Shown: piece after piece, positions 56,725 through 64,000 of the stretch
Numbering within the stretch: position 1 is the first letter of the stretch
Layout of the letters: every line of letters starts with the position of its first letter
Source of the DNA: Clostridia bacterium
GTDB lineage: Bacteria > Bacillota > Clostridia > RGIG6154
Direction of reading: 5' to 3'
Assembly: GCA_017626145.1 (NCBI GenBank)
Contig: JAGAJK010000077.1
Span: 15,004-79,003, forward strand
DNA length: 64,000 nucleotides
Position numbers and translations under genes: made by a program
The notes under the pieces: model-generated
The model's input: only the letters and a program-made list of their open reading frames with translations
What the model was told of the DNA's origin: nothing
Database searches by the model: none

Positions 56725-58824
56725 ATGGACAGAAAACAGCTTTTGGACGATTTTATTCACGACAAAGAATATGTTCCTATGAAATATAAGGATATAGCTG
56801 CAATTTTAGGAGTTCCCGGCGATGAAATGATTATATTTGGTGAATTGCTTGACGAACTTGTTTATGATGGCAGAATTATCAAAGAGCGTGACGGAAAATA
56901 TGTTCCGGTTGAGACAGAGGCTTTTGTGGCAGGTAAGTTTATGAAAAACCGCAAAGGCTTTGGTTTTGTTCGTTCTGATGAAAATTGTTCCGATGACATT
57001 TTTATTTCTGCGGAAAACTCAGCTTACGCGATGAATAATGACCGTGTCCTTGTGAAAATTTTAAAACCTGCAGGTACATCTCTTGCTGAAGGAAAGATTG
57101 TAAAAATCACTTCAAGGAAAAATACTCACATTGTAGGAACTATCTACGTAAACAGAAATGTTGTTTTTTTGATTCCGGATGATGAGAATTTAGGTTCAGA
57201 TATATTCATCTCAAATTCAAAGTCGAAAAAGTATAAAAGCGGAATGAAAGCTGTGGCACAGATTGTAAGATGGCCTCAGCCAAATAAGTGTGCTGCAGGC
57301 ATTATTACCGAAATTCTCGGCTTTTCCGGGGATAAGGGTGTTGACGTTATGAGTGTGATAAGAAATTACGGCATACGGGATACCTTTTCTGACAGTGTAA
57401 CAGCTCAGGCAAAAAGCAAAGCAGCTTCACCCGTCAGCCTTAAGAAACGTAAGGATTTGAGAAATTTACTTACCATAACCATTGACGGTGCTGATGCCAA
57501 AGACCTTGATGATGCTGTAAGCCTTGAAAAGCTTAAGGATATGTGGCGTCTTGGCGTTCATATTGCCGATGTAAGTGAATATGTAACGGAAGGAAGCATT
57601 CTTGATAAGGAAGCTTACAAAAGAGGAACAAGTGTCTATTTTGCTGACCGTGTTGTACCGATGCTTCCGGAAGCACTTTCAAACGGTGCCTGTTCGCTAA
57701 ATCCTGACGAAGAAAAACTTGCGTTATCTGTTTTTATGGAAATAGATAAGAATGGAAATGTTAACAGCTACGATATTTGTGAAAGTGTTATAAAGTCAGA
57801 TTACAGAATGACGTATAATGATGTTACGGCTATTCTTGAAGGAGATAATACGCTTTGTAAGCAGTCCAGCAAAATTGTTTCTATGCTTACTGATATGAAA
57901 GAGCTTGCATTAATTCTTAATAAAAAAAGATTGAAGCGTGGCAGTATAGAATTTGACTTTCCTGAAGCAAAAGCAATTCTTGATGAAAACGGAAAAGCTA
58001 TTGATATTGTTTTAAGAGAAATGAGTATTTCAAATTCTATAATTGAAGAATTTATGCTTGTTTGTAATGAAACAGTAGCAGAGCACGGTTTTTGGGGCGA
58101 ACTTCCATTTATGTATCGTGTTCACGAAACACCTGATGAGAATAAAATAAACAATTTAAGAAAAATGCTGGGACTTTTAGGTTATAGCATAAAAAATGCT
58201 AAAGAGATTCATTCCTCGCAGTTTAACAGTATTATAGAACAATCCAAAGGTAAGGCTGAAGAAAAGGTTCTTTCGACCCTTATGCTTCGATCGTTAATGA
58301 AAGCAAGGTATTCTCCCGAATGTCTTGGTCATTGGGGGCTTGGTGCGAAATATTACTGTCATTTTACTTCTCCTATAAGAAGATACCCCGACCTTGTAGT
58401 TCACAGGATTTTAAAGCTGCAGCTTCATGGAAAATTAAACGAAAAAGAACTATATCGTTTGTCTGAATTTGTTGAAAGTGCAAGTATTCAGTCGAGTGAA
58501 TGTGAAATTATCGCTCAGGATGCAGAGCGTGATATAATGGATATAAAGAAAGCTGAATATGCGTGTGAGCATATCGGTGAAGAAAATGAAGGTGTAATTT
58601 CTTCTGTTACTTCATATGGTATGTTTGTAGAATATCCAAATACTGTTGAAGGATTGGTACGTTATGCTGATATTGAATATGACTATTTCGAATTTGACAG
58701 CGATACACTTTCAGCTATCGGTAACAGAACGGGTACTGTATTCAGAGTGGGTGATAAGGTAAAAACCGTAATAACCGGTGCATATCCCGAATGCGGTAAA
58801 ATAGATATGATGATTGTTGATTAG
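56725..58824 (+). CDS. rnr: Ribonuclease R
   Basis: Cold-shock/OB N-terminal region, RNB domain (ITIDGADAKDLDDAVS, HFTSPIRRYPDL) and a C-terminal S1 domain. Confidence 0.9.
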   Translation: MDRKQLLDDFIHDKEYVPMKYKDIAAILGVPGDEMIIFGELLDELVYDGRIIKERDGKYVPVETEAFVAGKFMKNRKGFGFVRSDENCSDDIFISAENSAYAMNNDRVLVKILKPAGTSLAEGKIVKITSRKNTHIVGTIYVNRNVVFLIPDDENLGSDIFISNSKSKKYKSGMKAVAQIVRWPQPNKCAAGIITEILGFSGDKGVDVMSVIRNYGIRDTFSDSVTAQAKSKAASPVSLKKRKDLRNLLTITIDGADAKDLDDAVSLEKLKDMWRLGVHIADVSEYVTEGSILDKEAYKRGTSVYFADRVVPMLPEALSNGACSLNPDEEKLALSVFMEIDKNGNVNSYDICESVIKSDYRMTYNDVTAILEGDNTLCKQSSKIVSMLTDMKELALILNKKRLKRGSIEFDFPEAKAILDENGKAIDIVLREMSISNSIIEEFMLVCNETVAEHGFWGELPFMYRVHETPDENKINNLRKMLGLLGYSIKNAKEIHSSQFNSIIEQSKGKAEEKVLSTLMLRSLMKARYSPECLGHWGLGAKYYCHFTSPIRRYPDLVVHRILKLQLHGKLNEKELYRLSEFVESASIQSSECEIIAQDAERDIMDIKKAEYACEHIGEENEGVISSVTSYGMFVEYPNTVEGLVRYADIEYDYFEFDSDTLSAIGNRTGTVFRVGDKVKTVITGAYPECGKIDMMIVD

Positions 58825-58836
58825 AGGTAATTACAA

Positions 58837-59679
58837 ATGAGAATAATTAATTCCGAAGAAATAACACAAGCGGTTGAAAAGCTTTGTATTGATGCAAATT
58901 ACTATCTTCCCGGAGATATAAGAGAAGCAATTAATAAAGCTTACGAAAAAGAAGAAAGTGAAGTTGCAAAGCAGATTTTAACTGATATTATAGAAAATTA
59001 CAAAATAGCAGAAAATGAAAATGTGCCTGTTTGTCAGGATACAGGTATGGCAGTATTTTTTGTAAAAATCGGGAATAACGTAGCAATTGAAGGTAAAAAT
59101 ATTACCGATGCAATAAACGAAGGCGTTCATAATGGTTATATAAATGGTTATCTTCGTTGTTCTGTTGTTAAAGACCCACTTGACAGGGTTAACACAAAGG
59201 ATAATACTCCTGCCGTAATTCATTACGAATTTACGGATGGAGAAAATATTGAAATCACAATAGCTCCTAAAGGCTTCGGAAGTGAAAATATGAGTGCAAT
59301 TAAAATGCTTAAGCCTTCTGATGGTGTAGAAGGAGTTAAAAAATTTGTGGTTGAAACAGTAAAAAAAGCATCAAGTAATCCATGCCCTCCTATAGTAGTG
59401 GGGGTAGGTATTGGCGGCAGCTTCGAAAAATGTGCCATCCTTGCAAAAAAAGCTCTTTCCAGAGAAATAACATCATCCCATAATGATGAGTATTACAAAA
59501 ACCTTGAAAATGAATTGCTGGAAGAAATTAACTCTCTTGGTATTGGTCCTTCAGGGCTGGGAGGAAAAACCACCGCTTTGGGAGTTAACATCGAAACATA
59601 TCCTACTCATATTGCAGGACTTCCCGTGGCGGTAAATATAAGCTGTCATGTGACACGTCACAAAACAGTTATTTTATAA
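58837..59679 (+). CDS. Fe-S hydro-lyase alpha subunit (class I fumarate hydratase / L(+)-tartrate dehydratase alpha, FumA/TtdA N-terminal type)
   Basis: [18 protein letters not shown] and [15 protein letters not shown] motifs. No beta-subunit gene follows. Confidence 0.8.
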   Translation: MRIINSEEITQAVEKLCIDANYYLPGDIREAINKAYEKEESEVAKQILTDIIENYKIAENENVPVCQDTGMAVFFVKIGNNVAIEGKNITDAINEGVHNGYINGYLRCSVVKDPLDRVNTKDNTPAVIHYEFTDGENIEITIAPKGFGSENMSAIKMLKPSDGVEGVKKFVVETVKKASSNPCPPIVVGVGIGGSFEKCAILAKKALSREITSSHNDEYYKNLENELLEEINSLGIGPSGLGGKTTALGVNIETYPTHIAGLPVAVNISCHVTRHKTVIL

Positions 59680-59796
59680 AAACCAAATCATTGAAAGTAT
59701 CTCTCTTTTTGGAGATGCTTTTTTTATTTTACAGAATATAAAAAAATAAAATACAAAACTTAATATTGAAATTAAAAAAAGAAAGGATGGCTTTAA

Positions 59797-60840
59797 TTGA
59801 AGAAGAAACTTGTTTTGTATTTTATTATGACAGTAATGATAGCTTCTGTTTTTAATATAGGTGTAAATACATTTAAGGATGATGTAACTGTTGCGGAAGC
59901 TGTATATGCGCCTAAAAAAGTTGTTCCGGGTGGACAAATTGTAGGCATAAAGCTTTTTTGCGAAGGAATACTTATTGTAGATATAACAGAGATAAAAACA
60001 GAGAATGGTTTAATATCTCCCGGCAAAGAAGCCGGTCTTAAAAAAGGAGACTATATTGTTAGTGTAAATGGCGAAAAGCTTAATTCAATTTCTGATTTTT
60101 CAGAAAAAATAGAAAATAAAAAAACTGTAAGTCTCGGGATAGTAAGGGAAGGGAAAAGCTTTTCTGTCAATCTGAATCCTTACATTTCTCAAACACATAA
60201 AACCACTCGTGCAGGACTGTGGGTACGTGACAGTACTGCCGGTATAGGTACATTAACATTTTGCGATACAGAAAACAAAAAATTCGCAGCACTTGGCCAT
60301 CCTATAAATGATGTAGACACTAATGTGCCTTTTACGATATCCTTTGCAGAGTGCTTCTTTGCAGATAATTTTCAGATAACCAAAGCATCACACGGCAAAA
60401 CCGGTGAAATAACAGGAACATTTGGCGGTAACGGAAAAACAGTAGGTTCAATTAAAACTAATACCAACAATGGTATTTCAGGTAAACTTACTGCTGATAT
60501 ATCACAAACTCCAATTAATGTGGCAAATGTACACGAAATAACGGAGGGAAATGCATCTCTTCTGAGTAATATCGAAGGCGGTGCTGTCAAATCGTATAGC
60601 ATAAAAATTGTTAAAGTAATACGTGGGGGAGAGAACAGTATAAAAGGCTTTGTGATAAAAATAACCGATAAAACATTGCTTAATCTTACCGGTGGAATAA
60701 TACAGGGAATGTCTGGTTCACCAGTGATTCAGAATGGGAAACTAGTAGGAGCCGTTACGCATGTATTTGTAAATGATCCCACAAGAGGTTATGGGATATT
60801 TATTGAAAACATGTTGGCGGAAGCGGAGAAAATTAAATAA
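59797..60840 (+). CDS. spoIVB: SpoIVB-family serine peptidase (S55) with PDZ domain (TTG start)
   Basis: PDZ segment PGKEAGLKKGDYIVSVNGEKL and peptidase region GTLTFCDTENKKFAALGHPI, with a C-terminal GSPV. Confidence 0.75.
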   Translation: MKKKLVLYFIMTVMIASVFNIGVNTFKDDVTVAEAVYAPKKVVPGGQIVGIKLFCEGILIVDITEIKTENGLISPGKEAGLKKGDYIVSVNGEKLNSISDFSEKIENKKTVSLGIVREGKSFSVNLNPYISQTHKTTRAGLWVRDSTAGIGTLTFCDTENKKFAALGHPINDVDTNVPFTISFAECFFADNFQITKASHGKTGEITGTFGGNGKTVGSIKTNTNNGISGKLTADISQTPINVANVHEITEGNASLLSNIEGGAVKSYSIKIVKVIRGGENSIKGFVIKITDKTLLNLTGGIIQGMSGSPVIQNGKLVGAVTHVFVNDPTRGYGIFIENMLAEAEKIK

Positions 60841-60959
60841 AATGAATGCTCGTCTATGCAATGTAGGCGAGCATTTTTTGTAATCAAAAAAATATTGACA
60901 AACACACTATATTGTGATATAATTGTAACACTATAATATATTTGTAATGAGGTGATTGG

Positions 60960-61724
60960 ATGTCTAAAGCTCCTGCGGTAGATTATGCATTGGAAATAAT
61001 AGAGTTTTTCTCAAGTAAAAATTATGAAATAGGAATTTCCGATATCAGTAATGCTCTAAATATAAACAAAAATGCAGTTTCAAGAGTGTTGGAGGCTTTA
61101 CTTGAGAAAAACTGGATTTATATGAGTGATAATACTCAAAAAAAATACAGTTTGACGCTACGTCCTTTTTCACTTTTATCAGGTAATATTAATAATAACG
61201 GCATTGCAAAAATCGCAACACCTTACATAGAACGGTTAAATAAAGAGCTTGGCGATTCTGTCTATCTTGGTGTTAAAAACGAAAGAAATGTCCTATATCT
61301 TTTACATTATGATTCCACAAAGGAAGTCAGAATCAATGGTCGTACAGGTGGAGAATATCTTATGAATTGCTCAGCACCCGGTAAGATTCTTTTATCTTAT
61401 TCAAATACGGAGGAAATAAGTGCTTTCTTCAGAGCGACGATTGGCAAAAGAACAGAAAACACCATTACTGACGTTAATAGCTTTATGCTTGAAGCCGACA
61501 GAATAAAGAAATGCGGATACGCAATTGACAATGAAGAATTTGCAAAAGGTATAATTTGCATTGCTGTACCTGTTTTTGATTACGCAGAAAACGTTATCGC
61601 CAGCATAGGCATATCGACTCTGACGTTATATGATGATATTGATTCTTTAATAAACAATAAATTTTCTTTGCTTAAAAAAGCTGCTGATGAAATATCGCTA
61701 TGTCTTGGCAGAAAGCAACTGTGA
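60960..61724 (+). CDS. IclR-family transcriptional regulator
   Basis: N-terminal HTH (ISDISNALNINKNAVSRVLEAL) and a C-terminal IclR effector domain. Confidence 0.8.
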   Translation: MSKAPAVDYALEIIEFFSSKNYEIGISDISNALNINKNAVSRVLEALLEKNWIYMSDNTQKKYSLTLRPFSLLSGNINNNGIAKIATPYIERLNKELGDSVYLGVKNERNVLYLLHYDSTKEVRINGRTGGEYLMNCSAPGKILLSYSNTEEISAFFRATIGKRTENTITDVNSFMLEADRIKKCGYAIDNEEFAKGIICIAVPVFDYAENVIASIGISTLTLYDDIDSLINNKFSLLKKAADEISLCLGRKQL

Positions 61725-61965
61725 CAATTTATACATAGCAGATTTTTGTGCAAACGCCATTGTTAAAATACTTCCCGACGGAACAGTGACAAAGCTTTGT
61801 CAAAACGGTGATACAGACGGTTTCAACGGTGAGCTTGACCAGCCCGGTGAGCCTATTATCCGGAACGGAAAGCTTATTGTTTCCTGCTTTGATTTGGTAA
61901 CTAGTGATATTGTTGTAAATACTGCACATGAGCTTCCGGCAACGCTTGCGGAGATTACTATATAA
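61687..61965 (+). pseudogene. Possible C-terminal fragment of an SMP-30/gluconolactonase/LRE-like beta-propeller protein (truncated remnant)
   Basis: The 92-aa ORF (DNLYIADFCANAIVKILPDGTVTKL...NGKLIVSCFD) resembles only the last blades of the fold and overlaps the end of iclR. Confidence 0.35.
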
Positions 61966-61978
61966 GGAGAACATTTTT

Positions 61979-63970
61979 ATGGGAAATTTGACAAATTTAA
62001 AAGAGTTTATATTTGAAACAGATAATAAGGCGTGCTTTATTGAAAGAGATGAAATTTTAGGACGCCTGGAAACTGAAATGGCTGATTATGACAAGACAGA
62101 TAAATTTGCAATTGTCTTTTCGAAGCTATTAAGCGAGGTGTCTGTGCCGATAAATGAAAATGATTATTTTGCCGGACGAGTTGTTGAAGCTTTGCCATAT
62201 GAAGGTCTGAAAACGGCAAACCGTTTTCTGAATTCAGTCGGGCATTTTAGCCCCGATTACGGAAAAGTTTTGAACTGCGGCTTAAAAGGTATAGTTTCCG
62301 AAATAAATGATAATGCAACGAAAAAAGGTGATACGGAATCCAAAAGCTTTGCGAAAAATGCTGCTATTGTGGCAGAAGCGGTGCATGATTATTGCCTGCG
62401 TTATGTGGATGCGGCAGAGAAAAACGGAATGCCTGAAGCGGCAAAAGCGCTCAGGACAGTTCCGTATGAGCCTGCATACGATTTCTATTCCGCACTGCAG
62501 GGAATTTGGATACTTCACATGATACTCAGTTGTTACATAGGCGCACGTGATTATGCTTTCGGAAACTTTGACAAATATATGCTCCCATTTTACGAAAAAG
62601 CTCTTGCCGACGGCAAGACTGAAACGGAGCTCACAGAACTTCTTGCCGGATTCTTCATTAAAACAAATGAAATTTGCGGAAGATGTGCGCATAACTATAA
62701 CGAAAAACCGGTCTTGTGTCAGGCAACCAAGCAATATGTCAATATAGGCGGAGAATTCCCAAACAAATTTTCGATTATATGCCTGAAGGCAGCAGAACTT
62801 AATAATATGGCACAGCCGGAAATAGTTGTCCGTTTAAAACCGGACGCTGATGCAGAGTTTACCGAGCAGGTGTTTAAGTCGCTTGCGGTTTTAACAGACA
62901 AGGTGAATATATATAATTATGACACCGTCTTCAAATGTCTTACAGACCGGGGTGTAAAGCCTGATATAGCGAAAGATTTTACTTATTCGGCTTGTTGTAC
63001 TTTTGATTTGCATTACCATAATCCGAGGGGCGAATATTATGTTCCCACCATGCGGATATTTCTTGAAGTCCTTCATAGTAAAAACTATACCTCAATAGAT
63101 GAAATTTTAAAGGACTACACTAACGCGCTTACATTGGATATGCAAAATCGACGCAGGATACATTCGATAGAAGGGATGCGTCAGATTGCTGTTCTTGACT
63201 CGTTACTTATCACTGATACGGCAATGGAGTGTAAATATCCATACGACAAAGACCGTGCATATTGCCTCAATAATCTGTTTTTATCCGGAGTTGCAACGAT
63301 AGGTGACTCGCTTATGGTGCTCGATAAGCTTGTTTTTAAAGAAAAAAGGTATTCCTATGCAGACTTTATGCAAATTCTTGATGATAATTATGAAAATAGT
63401 GAAGCGCTCCGAAGCGAAATACTGAATTATGAAAGATTCGGCAATGACAGCGAAAATGATAACTATACAGCTATGGCAGGCAATGCTATGGTTGATGCAG
63501 TTGACAACCTTGAAAAGCGCGATAATGAATATAACATTCCGGGATTTTACTCTCTGGAACGTGACAATCGCTGGTGTAGCGAAATAGGAGCTTCACCTGA
63601 CGGAAGAAAAAGCGGAACGCCTTTCAGTGAAAATCAGTCCCCTGCTTATGGTGCAGATAAGAGCGGAATAACAGCACTTTTAAAAAGTGTTTCAAAGCTG
63701 CCTTTTCATAGAACTGCAGGCGGTGGTCTCAATCTGACGTTTTCGAAAAAGGTTTCGTCAGATGTTTTAAAAGCTCTTATTCTTTCTTATTTCAATATGG
63801 GCGGACTTCATGTGGGAATAAGTGTAATTGACAGAGAAAAGCTTCAGGATGCAATGAAAAATCCTGACAAATACAAAAGTCTTACAGTACGTCTGTATGG
63901 ATTCAGCGAATATTTTGTGAGTCTTCCGGAATGGCAACAAATTGCTGTTTTAAACAGAACGGAATATTGA
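61979..63970 (+). CDS. Glycyl radical enzyme, pyruvate formate-lyase-like, unusually short (about 664 aa)
   Basis: C-terminal glycyl-radical motif TVRLYGFSEYF and a Cys-loop candidate YSACCTFD. An AAGGAG RBS precedes the ATG at 61979. Confidence 0.7.
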   Translation: MGNLTNLKEFIFETDNKACFIERDEILGRLETEMADYDKTDKFAIVFSKLLSEVSVPINENDYFAGRVVEALPYEGLKTANRFLNSVGHFSPDYGKVLNCGLKGIVSEINDNATKKGDTESKSFAKNAAIVAEAVHDYCLRYVDAAEKNGMPEAAKALRTVPYEPAYDFYSALQGIWILHMILSCYIGARDYAFGNFDKYMLPFYEKALADGKTETELTELLAGFFIKTNEICGRCAHNYNEKPVLCQATKQYVNIGGEFPNKFSIICLKAAELNNMAQPEIVVRLKPDADAEFTEQVFKSLAVLTDKVNIYNYDTVFKCLTDRGVKPDIAKDFTYSACCTFDLHYHNPRGEYYVPTMRIFLEVLHSKNYTSIDEILKDYTNALTLDMQNRRRIHSIEGMRQIAVLDSLLITDTAMECKYPYDKDRAYCLNNLFLSGVATIGDSLMVLDKLVFKEKRYSYADFMQILDDNYENSEALRSEILNYERFGNDSENDNYTAMAGNAMVDAVDNLEKRDNEYNIPGFYSLERDNRWCSEIGASPDGRKSGTPFSENQSPAYGADKSGITALLKSVSKLPFHRTAGGGLNLTFSKKVSSDVLKALILSYFNMGGLHVGISVIDREKLQDAMKNPDKYKSLTVRLYGFSEYFVSLPEWQQIAVLNRTEY

Positions 63971-64000
63971 TTTAGGGTAATATTATGAATGGATTGCTTT

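Overview
This is a chromosomal segment from a low-GC, spore-forming Firmicute (Clostridia-like), mostly densely packed core genes. The left third carries pyrR coupled to an NfnAB-like oxidoreductase pair, rplS, lepB, rbgA, rnhB, yraN, a dipeptidase, an aspartate aminotransferase and a spoIIM-xerD pair. It also holds two PBP5/DacB paralogues, one intact and one with all three catalytic motifs lost, a femX-alr operon and a WalRK-like two-component system followed by a GerMN lipoprotein. The middle has the conserved spoVB(yabM)-hup-yabO-yabP-yabQ-divIC-yabR sporulation cluster, ftsK and tepA, then SRP RNA-dnaX-ybaB. At that point recR is replaced by a tRNA-Pro, an IS-like remnant and an accessory island (about 31.4-36.65 kb). 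The right part contains glgB, a TrpB2-like enzyme, galM, murA, spoVG, truA, a CobW GTPase pair, a preQ1 riboswitch-queT unit, secG, rnr, spoIVB and a short PFL-like glycyl radical enzyme. Seven tRNA genes are present, one of them truncated by the window edge. The most unusual content is the island. It encodes a 628-aa protein made of seven zinc-ribbon modules around a DUF559/Vsr-like endonuclease core, two small membrane proteins (one with a zinc ribbon), a 17-nt promoter/operator motif present three times and a 70-bp structured repeat present twice. Other notable points are the catalytically dead PBP5 paralogue, an orphan AT-rich RNase III paralogue, and att-like partial tRNA duplications beside tRNA-Arg and tRNA-fMet. 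No CRISPR array was seen. All calls rest on reading the sequence and remembered family motifs; no database searches were run.
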